Source: Chloroflexota bacterium (GTDB lineage Bacteria; Chloroflexota; Limnocylindria; Limnocylindrales; CSP1-4). Taken from it: a stretch of 64,000 bases of DNA. Positions 25,649 through 39,168 of the stretch are shown in pieces. The first letter of the stretch is position 1; every line of letters starts with the position of its first letter. Location: NCBI GenBank assembly GCA_012026785.1, contig VEOW01000115.1, positions 3,495 through 67,494 on the forward strand. Reading direction: 5' to 3'. The notes beneath the pieces were generated by a model. It was not told the DNA's origin, made no database searches, and worked only from the letters and a program-made list of their open reading frames with translations. Position numbers and translations under genes: made by a program.

Positions 25649-26917
25649 TCACATCGCCGCCGCGGCCGGCAGTGACAGCACGAATCGCGCGCCGTGCCCG
25701 TTGGCCGGCTCGCACCACAGCCGCCCTCCGACCGAGTCGGAGAGACGCCGGGCAGCGTACAGCCCGATCCCGGATCCGCGGGCGGTCCGCGTCTCGCGAC
25801 GGGCGTACGGTTCGAAGATCCGTTCCCGCCACTCCTCGGGGATCCCCGGTCCCTCGTCGCTGACCGAGATCCGGATCGAGCCCTCGGCCATCCGCCAGTC
25901 GAGCGTGATCGTCGTCTCGGGCGGGGCGTACTTCACGGCGTTCTCGATGAGGTGCTCGAGGATCTGGCGGAGTCGGGCAGGGTCGGTCAGCGCGAAGTGG
26001 CGAATGCCGCCGCGGATGTCGACGCGATGCCGCGACGTGAGCGGCTCCAGCTCCGCGGCGGTCTCGGCGACGATCGCCCCGACGTCGGGCGGCTCGAGCT
26101 CGGCCGCCTGCTCGGGCGCGACCCGCACCGAGGCGAGAATCGAGTCGACCAGCCGATCCAGCCTCGAGACCTGGTCCATCGCGCCGCGATACCAGGCCGC
26201 TCGCCGCTCTCGGCGGTCCGGATCGCGTGACGAGCGGCCGTCGAGCGGCGGCTCCTCGGCCAGCAGGTCGGCGTAGGCGCGGACGACGGCGAGCGGCGTC
26301 CGCAGCGCGTGGGTCACGAGCGCGATGAGCTCGGCGCGAGCCTCGTCGAGGGCCTTCAGCTCTGCTGCCCGCGCCTCGGCCTCGCGCTGCAGGCGGCCCT
26401 TCTCGACGATCCCCGCGAGCAGGTCGGCGATCGCGCCGAGGTGGACGACGTCCGAATCGCTGAACTCGCGGTGGCGGTCGGTCTGGACGTTGAGCACGCC
26501 GACTGTTCGGTCGTTCCAGATCAGCGGCACCGACAGCATCGAGGCGATGAACCGCTTCTGGTCGATGCCACGGACCCACAGGAAGCGCTTGTCGCTCGGC
26601 ACGTCGTAGATCACGATCGGCTGCTTCGTCGCGGCGACCCGACCCGTCACGCCCTCGCCGAACGGCACCCGCGCGCGACCGATCTGGAAGCGGTCGAGCC
26701 CATTCGTGGCGGCCAGCGTGAGGTTCTTGCCGTCTCGGTCGACGAGGTACAGCGACGAGACGGTTGCCCGGAGCGCATCGCGGGTCTCGTCGACGACCGT
26801 TTCGAGCAGCTCCTCCCACGTCGTCGCGGTTGTCGCGAGGCGGGCGACGCGGTGGAGGAACCGCAGCTGGTCGAGCTGCTCCTCGGCGCGCGTGGGCGGA
26901 TCGAGCTGCTGGGTCAC
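25649..26917 (-). CDS. GAF-domain sensor histidine kinase (start uncertain)
   Basis: GAF region (LYLVDRDGKNLTLAATNG...GVTGRVAATKQPIVIYDV), HisKA H-box THALRTPLA and HATPase N/G boxes (ENAVKYA, DEGPGI, GSGIGL). GTG at 26917 (MTQQLDPP) chosen. The 977-aa track ORF runs antisense through gltB. Confidence 0.7.
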   Translation of the reverse strand: MTQQLDPPTRAEEQLDQLRFLHRVARLATTATTWEELLETVVDETRDALRATVSSLYLVDRDGKNLTLAATNGLDRFQIGRARVPFGEGVTGRVAATKQPIVIYDVPSDKRFLWVRGIDQKRFIASMLSVPLIWNDRTVGVLNVQTDRHREFSDSDVVHLGAIADLLAGIVEKGRLQREAEARAAELKALDEARAELIALVTHALRTPLAVVRAYADLLAEEPPLDGRSSRDPDRRERRAAWYRGAMDQVSRLDRLVDSILASVRVAPEQAAELEPPDVGAIVAETAAELEPLTSRHRVDIRGGIRHFALTDPARLRQILEHLIENAVKYAPPETTITLDWRMAEGSIRISVSDEGPGIPEEWRERIFEPYARRETRTARGSGIGLYAARRLSDSVGGRLWCEPANGHGARFVLSLPAAAAM

Positions 26918-27019
26918 CCATTCACGATAGCCGAGGGTGGCCTCGCAACCGAATCGCACCTCGAACGCCACCTCGCGGCCGTCGTCCGTTGGGACCCCGC
27001 CAATTGACACTGCGAAGGT

Positions 27020-31666
<4,647 letters not shown>

Positions 31667-31679
31667 GTGGCCGCGACGG

Positions 31680-32171
31680 CTACTGCCTGATGGGAGGAAG
31701 TCTGAGGATGTGCTTCGCCAGCACGCTGCCATCCTCGATCCGGCTGTGCACGACGACCTCGTCGCCGACGGCCAGGTCGTCGAGCTCGCCCCGGGTGCGC
31801 CCGAGCCGGACGGCCGTCTCGTCGCTCGTCTCGATCGTCACCGATGCCCCGTCGGCCTCCCCGATGACGACGGTCCCGTTGCCGATCGACTCGATCGTGC
31901 CGTGGTCGAGATGGTGCTCGACGATCTCGCCGGCGCGATCGATGGCGGTGACCTCGAGGTGGACGAGGTGGCGAGCCGCGGCCAGCCGAGCGAACGGACT
32001 GTGGCGGCCGAAGAGCGAGGCAGTAGCGCCAGGACGGTCATTCCCGGCGCCGGCCGCGGTGGCGTCGGCGGGCGGTTCGACCGAGCCAGCCGTGACAGCG
32101 GCAGCGCCGACGACGACCAGCGTCATGGTGGCGGCACCGGTCAGGACCAGGCGCCAGGGCGCAATGCGCAT
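31680..32171 (-). CDS. secreted hypothetical protein
   Basis: ATG at 32171 with a GGGAGGAG RBS. Signal-peptide-like MRIAPWRLVLTGAATMTLVVVGAAAVTAGS. The remainder is acidic and beta-rich. Confidence 0.5.
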   Translation of the reverse strand: MRIAPWRLVLTGAATMTLVVVGAAAVTAGSVEPPADATAAGAGNDRPGATASLFGRHSPFARLAAARHLVHLEVTAIDRAGEIVEHHLDHGTIESIGNGTVVIGEADGASVTIETSDETAVRLGRTRGELDDLAVGDEVVVHSRIEDGSVLAKHILRLPPIRQ

Positions 32172-32303
32172 CGTGGTCTCCTCCCACATGGACGGCCTTC
32201 GAATCAAGGCCAGCTGTGCGTGAGCGTGATGCCCGAACATGAGCTGAGCGCCCTTCATTCGTCAGGGCGACGTAAGGCGTTCGCCCACCGGTAGGCTCAT
32301 CCC

Positions 32304-35114
32304 ATGGTCAACCGTGCCGTCCGCGCCGAGCCCCGCGGCATCGGCTCCGCCCGCGCTCGCGATCAGCTCGGCCTCGAGGTTCGCCTGCTCGGCGCGCTCC
32401 TCGGACAGGTCATCGCGGAGCAGGCGGGCCCCGAGCTGTTCGAGCTCGTCGAACGGGTGCGGCGCCGGCTGGTCGGCCTGCGCCGGATGGACGATCCGGG
32501 CGAGCGGGGGCGCCTGGCGAGCGAGCTCGACGCCCTGGACCTGGACGCCAGCGAGGGTCTCGTGAAGGCCTTCTCGCTGTACTTCCGACTCGTCAACCTG
32601 GCCGAGGAACGGCAGCGCGTTCGGGCGCTCCGGCGGCGCGCACGCGCGGCGCGACATGGCGTCCTGGACGACTCGGTCGCCGAGGCCGTGACGAGGGCGG
32701 GTCCCACTCGCGCCGACCGCGAGCGGCTCGACGATCTCGTCGGCCGGCTCCACATCGAGCCCGTCCTGACGGCCCACCCGACCGAGGCCCGGCGCCGGAC
32801 CGTCCTGGTGGCGCTCCGGCGCGGCGCCGAGCTGCTGGAGCGACTGGACGATCCGCGCCTTACGCCCCACGAGGACGGCGAGCTCCGGCGGCGACTGCGC
32901 GAGGAGGTGACGATCCTGTGGCGGACCGCCGACGTGCGGGCCGAAACGCCGAGCCCGCTGGACGAGGTACGCAGCGCCATGGCCTTCTTCGACGCGACGC
33001 TGTTCGAGGTCGTGCCCCGGCTCTACCGAACGCTCGACGGTGCACTCGATCGGCCCGCGGGCTCCGGTGACCAGGCGTCCACCGGTCGGGGTTCGAACGG
33101 TCCCGCGGCCGCCAGCGGTCGAACGGGCACCCGGCCGCCCCGGTTCGACGCCTTCCTGCGGTTCGGCTCGTGGATCGGCGGCGATCGAGACGGCAACCCG
33201 TCCGTCACGGGCGCCGCGACCCTCGCGACCCTCCGGATCCACGCCGACCATGTGCTCCGCGGCTACGAGGCCGTGGCGCTCCGCCTCATGCAGACGATCT
33301 CGACCGCCACCGAGCTGTCGCCCGGGTCGGCGCTTGCCGCGCGTCTCGGGACCGACGCGGGGCTGCTGCCGGCGATGCACCGTCAGCTCGAACGGCGCTT
33401 TCCGAACGAGCCGTACCGGCGGCGCTTCGGGTACATCGCCGAGCGGCTGCGCCGGACCCGGGCGGGCCTCACCGGAGACGGACCCGAGCCCGGTTCGTAC
33501 GGGGCGCCGGCCGTGCTCGACGCGGAGCTGGTCGAGGTGCAGCGGGCCCTGGTTGCCGATCGCCTCGAGCGCGTCGCCTACGGCCCGGTCCAAGAGCTTC
33601 GCTGGCAGGTGGCGACGTTCGGTTTCCACCTCGCCTCGCTCGACATCCGTCAGCACGCCGGGGTCCATCGTGCGGCCCTTGCGGCCACCGAGCGCGGCGC
33701 AGCGCGGGACGAGGAGATCGCGCCCGGCGTGACGCTTGCCGAGGTCCTCGACACGTTCCGCGCGATCGGCGAGGCGCAGGCGAGGTTCGGCGAGGCGGCC
33801 TGCCACCGCGTCGTCGTCAGCTTCACGGCCGCACCGCGGGACGTCACCGACGTGCTGGAGCTTGCCCGGCGCTCGTCGGACGGGTCGTCGCACGCCGGTC
33901 GGGCCCTCGCGGACCGCCTCGACGTCGTGCCGCTGTTCGAGTCGGCCAATGCCCTGCGGCAGGCGGGGGCACTTCTGGCGGCGCTCCTCGACGATCCTGC
34001 CTACCTGGCCCACCTGGAACGGCGGGACCGGCGCCAGGAGGTCATGCTGGGCTACTCCGACTCGAACAAGGAGTCGGGCTTCCTCGCGGCCGGCTGGCTG
34101 CTGCACCAGGCCCAGGCGCGGCTCGCCGAGGTCGCCCGCGAAGCCGGCGTGGAGCTGACGCTGTTCCACGGCCGCGGCGGGGCGATCGGTCGCGGCGGCG
34201 GCCCGGCCAACCGGGCCATCCTTGGCCAGGCGCCGGGATCGATCGATGGCCGGATCCGGCTGACCGAGCAGGGCGAGGTCATCGCGGCCCACTACGCCAA
34301 CCCGGCGATCGCCCTTCGCCAGCTCGAGCAGCTGACGGCCGCCGTGATCGTCGCCTCGACACCGGCGCACACGGCGGCCCTTGCGGCGGCGATCGAACGG
34401 GGCGCCGTCCTCATGGACGAGCTGGCGGAGATCTCGCGCCGGGCCTACCGATCGCTCGTCCACGACGACCCCGGGTTCGCGGCCTTCTTCCGGGCTGTCA
34501 CCCCGATCTCCGAGATCTCGGAGATGCGGATCGGATCGCGGCCCGCGGCCCGGCAGCGAGGCGGCGGCGAGGTGCCCTCGATCGACGAGCTGCGGGCGAT
34601 CCCTTGGACGTTCGCCTGGGCCCAGTCGCGGATCGATCTGCCCGGGTGGTACGGCCTCGGGACCGCGTTGGCGTCCGTTCGAAAAGCCCATGGCGAGGGC
34701 ACGCTCGACCGGCTCGGCGGGCTGTACCGCTCGTGGCCGTTTCTTCGAAGCATCCTGGACAATGCCGAGCTGGCACTGGCGAAGGCCGACATGGGCATCG
34801 GACGCCGGTATGCAGACCTGGCATCCGGGAATGCCGACCGGCGGCGTTGGGCAGCTATCGAGGCGGAGCACGAGCGGTCAGCCGAACTGCTGCTTCGCGT
34901 GACCGGCCGCGCCCGGCTGCTCGACGGCGCGCCGGTCCTGCAGCGGGCCATCGCGCTGCGGAATCCCTACGTTGACGCGCTCTCGGAGATCCAGGTCCGG
35001 AGCCTGCCGCGACTTCGCTCCGCCGAGCTGGACCAGGCAGAACGAGCCCGGCTCCTGCGACTCGTCCAAGCGACCGTCAGCGGCGTCTCGGCCGGCCTCC
35101 AGGGCACTGGGTAG
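32304..35114 (+). CDS. ppc: phosphoenolpyruvate carboxylase
   Basis: PEPC signatures VLTAHPTE, GYSDSNKESGFLAAGW, FHGRGGAIGRGGGP and IPWTFAWAQSR. C-terminal QGTG in place of the usual NTG. Confidence 0.9.
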   Translation: MVNRAVRAEPRGIGSARARDQLGLEVRLLGALLGQVIAEQAGPELFELVERVRRRLVGLRRMDDPGERGRLASELDALDLDASEGLVKAFSLYFRLVNLAEERQRVRALRRRARAARHGVLDDSVAEAVTRAGPTRADRERLDDLVGRLHIEPVLTAHPTEARRRTVLVALRRGAELLERLDDPRLTPHEDGELRRRLREEVTILWRTADVRAETPSPLDEVRSAMAFFDATLFEVVPRLYRTLDGALDRPAGSGDQASTGRGSNGPAAASGRTGTRPPRFDAFLRFGSWIGGDRDGNPSVTGAATLATLRIHADHVLRGYEAVALRLMQTISTATELSPGSALAARLGTDAGLLPAMHRQLERRFPNEPYRRRFGYIAERLRRTRAGLTGDGPEPGSYGAPAVLDAELVEVQRALVADRLERVAYGPVQELRWQVATFGFHLASLDIRQHAGVHRAALAATERGAARDEEIAPGVTLAEVLDTFRAIGEAQARFGEAACHRVVVSFTAAPRDVTDVLELARRSSDGSSHAGRALADRLDVVPLFESANALRQAGALLAALLDDPAYLAHLERRDRRQEVMLGYSDSNKESGFLAAGWLLHQAQARLAEVAREAGVELTLFHGRGGAIGRGGGPANRAILGQAPGSIDGRIRLTEQGEVIAAHYANPAIALRQLEQLTAAVIVASTPAHTAALAAAIERGAVLMDELAEISRRAYRSLVHDDPGFAAFFRAVTPISEISEMRIGSRPAARQRGGGEVPSIDELRAIPWTFAWAQSRIDLPGWYGLGTALASVRKAHGEGTLDRLGGLYRSWPFLRSILDNAELALAKADMGIGRRYADLASGNADRRRWAAIEAEHERSAELLLRVTGRARLLDGAPVLQRAIALRNPYVDALSEIQVRSLPRLRSAELDQAERARLLRLVQATVSGVSAGLQGTG

Positions 35115-35123
35115 GGCCCTTCT

Positions 35124-35152
35124 TTGACTCGGGGGCGGCTTCCGGGTATAGT
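35124..35152 (+). promoter_or_regulatory. sigma70-type promoter TTGACT-17-TATAGT driving tRNA-fMet
   Basis: Near-consensus hexamers with 17-nt spacing. Predicted TSS about 3 nt before the mature tRNA 5' end. Confidence 0.6.
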
Positions 35153-35162
35153 TGATGGCCTT

Positions 35163-35237
35163 CGCGGGGTGGAGCAGCGGCAGCTCGTCGGGCTCATAAC
35201 CCGAAGGTCAGGGGTTCGAATCCCCTCCCCGCAACCA
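35163..35237 (+). tRNA. initiator tRNA-fMet (anticodon CAU)
   Basis: CGCGGGG...CTCATAA...CCCCGCAACCA. The C1:A72 mismatch and three G-C pairs in the anticodon stem are characteristic of bacterial initiator tRNA. Confidence 0.85.
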
Positions 35238-35252
35238 CCGAATTCCCCTCAG

Positions 35253-35290
35253 AACCCCGGGCCCCGACCACCCGGGGTTCTTCCTTTCGC
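35253..35290 (+). terminator. intrinsic terminator after tRNA-fMet
   Basis: AACCCCGGG-ccccgacca-CCCGGGGTT stem-loop followed by CTTCCTTTC. Confidence 0.55.
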
Positions 35291-35504
35291 GCGGCGTCCG
35301 CTCTTCCCTGCCGTGAGGCGGATTAGGGGATGGACACTCCCGAATGCGGCATGGATAATCGGTAATCGATTCTCGAGTTTCCATTGTCGAGCGCATGCGT
35401 GTCGGGCGGCGAAAGGCGTCGTACGAATGCCTGGCATCGCGCCTATTGACTAATGCGCAGCCGCGTACGAGCGCTCAGCGCGGCCGTCACGGGAGGGCGA
35501 TCTC

Positions 35505-36836
35505 ATGGATTCCAGGACTTCCCCGGGTGGCCGAGCGCATCGCGATTCGGAAGCCGATGACGACGCCGCCTCCCAGTCCGCGGGCCAGTCTCGGCGGAAC
35601 TTCCTGAAGGCTGCGGCAATGGCCGGGGCAGGTGCCGTCGTGGCCGGGGCCATCCCGGCGGCGGCGGCCGGCTCGTCGCCAACAAGCCGTCGCGACGCAT
35701 TGACGCCCAAGCCATTGACCGCACCGAAAGCCGCCCGCCCGGGCGTCGCCCGGATCGACACCGTTCTCGGCGAGGTCGATCCGAGCAGCATCGGCAAGGT
35801 CCTGGCTCACGAACACCTATACGTCGACTTCATGCTCTTCTTCGCGCTCGATCACCCCGGCTATCTGAAGCCGGTTGGTGGGTTCGACGCGGCGATTGAC
35901 GTCATCTCTGAGTACGTCATGGACGTGAAGGACCAGGGCGTCGAGTTGATCATCGATTGGGGCTGTATGGGCGTTGGCCGGAGTGCTGACACGGCTCGGA
36001 AGGTGGCACAGCGTACAGGCGTCAACGTGGCGATTCCGACCGGCATCTACAAGTGGCTGCTCGAGCCTCGGTTCGATGGCTGGTCGGTGGATCAGCTGAC
36101 GGACTTCATGATCGAGGAGTTCAAGCATGGGATCGACGACACCGGCATCAAGCCGGCGTTCGTCAAGCTCGGTGCCGACCCGGTCCCGACCGCGATTGAG
36201 ACCAAGATCCACCATGCTGCTACTCAGGCGGCCGCCGAGGTCAATGCAACCGTCGCCTGCCACTTGCCGTTCCCTCTTGACGCGAGAACGGACACGGAGA
36301 TCGCGCGGGCACGCCAGATCTGGAACATCGCCCGCTCCGCCGGGGTCAAGCCCGATCGATTCGTCTGGGGCCATGCGAACGGCGCCATCAAAGCCGACAA
36401 GGTCAGCTCTGCCCACCTGGACTCTGCCCGAGCGCAGTACTTCGAGTTGGCCGCAGAGGGCATCACACTGCAGTTCGACGCCGTTGGCTCGGACCCGACG
36501 AATGGCGCGGACCCATGGTTCGGCGGCCCGACGGACCCGGATGTCTTCCTGGACGTCCTCGAGAAGTTCGTCGCTCAGGGCTATGGCGACCGGGTGATGA
36601 TCTCCAACGATTGCTCCGTCTACGTCAACCCCGGCGGCGGGATCGGAGGCGAGCTTCTGGCTGACTACACGTCGGCGGGCCTACCGAACTGGCAGTATCC
36701 ACGTGACATCCGGTATCTATTCGGTACCTTCGAGGCGCTGCTCGTGGCCCGGATCGGGAGCGACGCAGCGACGCAGATCCTCAGCCAGACGCCGGCGCGG
36801 GTCTTCAGCCGGGTCCGCACCCCCAGCATCGACTGA
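35505..36836 (+). CDS. phosphotriesterase-family (PTE/PLL-like amidohydrolase) hydrolase with Tat signal peptide
   Basis: Twin-arginine motif SRRNFLKAAAMAGAGAVVAG, then LAHEHL metal-binding His pair and TIM-barrel PTE-family body. GGGAGGG RBS. Confidence 0.8.
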   Translation: MDSRTSPGGRAHRDSEADDDAASQSAGQSRRNFLKAAAMAGAGAVVAGAIPAAAAGSSPTSRRDALTPKPLTAPKAARPGVARIDTVLGEVDPSSIGKVLAHEHLYVDFMLFFALDHPGYLKPVGGFDAAIDVISEYVMDVKDQGVELIIDWGCMGVGRSADTARKVAQRTGVNVAIPTGIYKWLLEPRFDGWSVDQLTDFMIEEFKHGIDDTGIKPAFVKLGADPVPTAIETKIHHAATQAAAEVNATVACHLPFPLDARTDTEIARARQIWNIARSAGVKPDRFVWGHANGAIKADKVSSAHLDSARAQYFELAAEGITLQFDAVGSDPTNGADPWFGGPTDPDVFLDVLEKFVAQGYGDRVMISNDCSVYVNPGGGIGGELLADYTSAGLPNWQYPRDIRYLFGTFEALLVARIGSDAATQILSQTPARVFSRVRTPSID

Positions 36837-36874
36837 CGCTGGTCGCGCGAGCGCTCGGGCGGAGGATCTCGCAA

Positions 36875-37624
36875 CTACTCCCAGCGGAATAGGCGGGAGG
36901 CCGCGATGGCGGCGGCCAAGGCCCACGCGGCCAGCACGGCTGCGGAGGGCAGGGCTTGGCCCGAGCCGGCAAACGAGATTCGCAGCAGCTCGGCGAGGGC
37001 GGTCGCCGGCAGGACTGCCGCGAGGGGCTGGAGCACGGCCGGCAGGTGGTCGACCGGCAGGACGATCCCGCCGAGCATCAGGAACGCCAGGAGAAGGCCA
37101 TTGGCCAGGGCCAGCGTCGCCTCAGCTCGAAGGGTGCCCGCCATCAGCAGCCCCAAGCCGGCGAAGGCGGCGGTCCCGAGGGCGATCGCCGCAATGGCCA
37201 GCGGAGGCGACCAGACCGGTCCAGGCGCCCAGTCGAGGGCGACGACGGCGACCCCGAGAAGCACAACGACCTGCAGCACCACGATCACCAGGACAGCCAC
37301 CAGCTTCGCCCCGACGACGAGAGATGCATGGATCGGCGCGCCGCCAAGGCGCTTCAGGACGCCGTAGGCCCGTTCGAAGGCCGTCGAGATGCCCAGGCTC
37401 ACGAAGCTGCTGGCGATGATCGCGAGCGCGATGCTGCCGGGGAGGAGGAAATCGACCGGCCGGGCACCTGTGCCGGGGATGAGGCCCGTCGAGGCGAAGA
37501 ACAGCAGCACGGCGGGCGGCACGAGCATCGAGATGAGCACGTTCTCGTCGCGCCGCGCGGCGAGCCGGAGCTCCATGGCGGTGAGCGCCGCGAGGGCCCG
37601 ACTGGACGAGGCAGGCTGACTCAC
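36875..37624 (-). CDS. ABC-2-type transporter permease
   Basis: Six predicted TM helices of ABC-2 family topology. ATGA overlap with the upstream ATPase. Confidence 0.75.
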   Translation of the reverse strand: MSQPASSSRALAALTAMELRLAARRDENVLISMLVPPAVLLFFASTGLIPGTGARPVDFLLPGSIALAIIASSFVSLGISTAFERAYGVLKRLGGAPIHASLVVGAKLVAVLVIVVLQVVVLLGVAVVALDWAPGPVWSPPLAIAAIALGTAAFAGLGLLMAGTLRAEATLALANGLLLAFLMLGGIVLPVDHLPAVLQPLAAVLPATALAELLRISFAGSGQALPSAAVLAAWALAAAIAASRLFRWE

Positions 37625-38594
37625 GCCGAGTCTTCCACGCCGGTGTCGCCGGTCAGCTCCAGGTACCGTTCCTCGAGGCTCGCCGACCCGCTCCGGAGCT
37701 GCAGGATCAGGAGCCCCTCCCGAGCCGCCCAGCTGGCGACCGTGGCGATCGCGTCGGCCGCCTGGAGCCCCGGTGCGATGGAGAGCTCGTTCGTCCGGCC
37801 CTCATCCACGGCGACGGGTGCGGGCGATCCGGGAGCGAGGGCCCGGCCGAGCCGGGCGAGGGCCGCGGGCTCGGGCGCGGCGTGGAGCCGGACGCGAATG
37901 CCGGCCGTGCCCGCATCGGCCATGAGGGCGGCCGGCGCGCCCTCGGCCAGGATCCGACCCGACGCCAGGATCACGACCCGGTCGGCCAGCTCCTCGGCGT
38001 CGGCGAGGTCGTGCGTCGTCAGCAGGATTGCCCGCCCCTCGGCTCGAAGCCGCTCGATCAGCGCCCGGGCGCCGCGTCGCGCCTCGGGGTCGAGGCCGGC
38101 CGTCGGCTCGTCGAGAATCAGCACCTCGGGATTGCCGACGAGCGCGATGGCGAGCGCGAGGCGCTGACGCTCGCCGCCCGAGAGCCGCCGGATCGGACGA
38201 GCTGCGACGGTCTCGAGGCCGACCGAGGCCAGGAGCTCGTCGGGATCGTGGCCACCCTCGTGCAGTGCCGAGAAGAGCCGCAGCGATTCTCGCGCCGTTG
38301 CTCGCGGCTGGAGGCCCTCCCCGCCCTGCAGCATGAACCCGACGCGCGCCCGCAGCGCCGCCCCACCCGCTCGGGGCTCCCGGCCGCGCACGCGGACCGC
38401 CCCGCCGTCGGGGGTTCGATAGCCCTCGATGATCTCGACCTCGTCGTCTTGCCGGCACCGTTCGGACCGAGGAGGGCGACGAGCTCGCCAGGCCGGACCG
38501 CGAGATCGATCCCGTCGAGGACGGTCCTGCCGCCGTAGCGCTTGACGAGCCCCGCGACCTCGATGGCCGCGGGCGCGAGGGCCGCCTGGGTCAC
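37621..38594 (-). pseudogene. ABC transporter ATP-binding protein interrupted by a -1 frameshift (about 38445-38450)
   Basis: N-terminal part (GTG 38594; VKRYGG, Walker [10 protein letters not shown]) sits in one frame and the rest ([25 protein letters not shown]-loop TTHDL) in another. Restoring one C in acgacga(c)ggtcgag gives the continuous [26 protein letters not shown]. Confidence 0.7.
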
Positions 38595-39064
38595 GAATCG
38601 GGCGCGATCAGCGCGTACTGGCGCTCGAAGTCGGCGTCGGTGACCTCGCCGACCTGGATGGCTCGAAGGATCCCCGCCGGGTCGATGAAGTACGTCTGCG
38701 GCCGCGCGGCCACGCGGTACGCGCGCCGAATGGCGCCGTCGGGGTCGTCGACCGTCGGCCAGGTTGCGCCCATCTCGGCGATGAAGTCTCGAGCCGGCGC
38801 GACCGGGTCGAACGTCAGGATTCCGACGATCGCCAGGCCGTCCTCGGCATGCTCGGTGAGCTTCGACTTGAAGAGCGGGAACTCGTCCCGGCAGGGCACG
38901 CACGACGGGCCCCAGAAGTTGAGGATGACGGGACGACCGCGCAGCGACGCGAGATCGAATGAGTCGCCGTCGAGGGTCGTCCCGAGGACCGCCGGCGCGG
39001 CCTGGCCCTTGGCGATGAGCCCGGATTCCGAACTGCCCGGCCCACACGCCACGAGGGCGAGCAA
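38591..39064 (-). CDS. TlpA-family thiol-disulfide oxidoreductase (thioredoxin fold, CxxC), probable lipoprotein
   Basis: WGPSCVPC active site. Lipobox-like LVAC right after a TTG start. The in-frame upstream sequence encodes the rest of a signal peptide ([26 protein letters not shown]) but has no canonical start codon. Confidence 0.7.
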   Translation of the reverse strand: MLALVACGPGSSESGLIAKGQAAPAVLGTTLDGDSFDLASLRGRPVILNFWGPSCVPCRDEFPLFKSKLTEHAEDGLAIVGILTFDPVAPARDFIAEMGATWPTVDDPDGAIRRAYRVAARPQTYFIDPAGILRAIQVGEVTDADFERQYALIAPDS

Positions 39065-39168
39065 CGCCAGGACGGCGAACCCGAGTGGGCCGAGGGAGGC
39101 GGGCCGGCGGCGCCGGCGGAATGCGGAGGTCGTGGTGTGCCTGCCTGTGCGGCCCCGCGATGGCGGTG

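Noticed and set aside
35290-35504. Possible riboswitch in the 215-nt leader of the phosphotriesterase-family gene
   Set aside because: Only small local palindromes (for example AATCG-gta-ATCGATT). No terminator or anti-SD architecture, and no recognisable conserved core.
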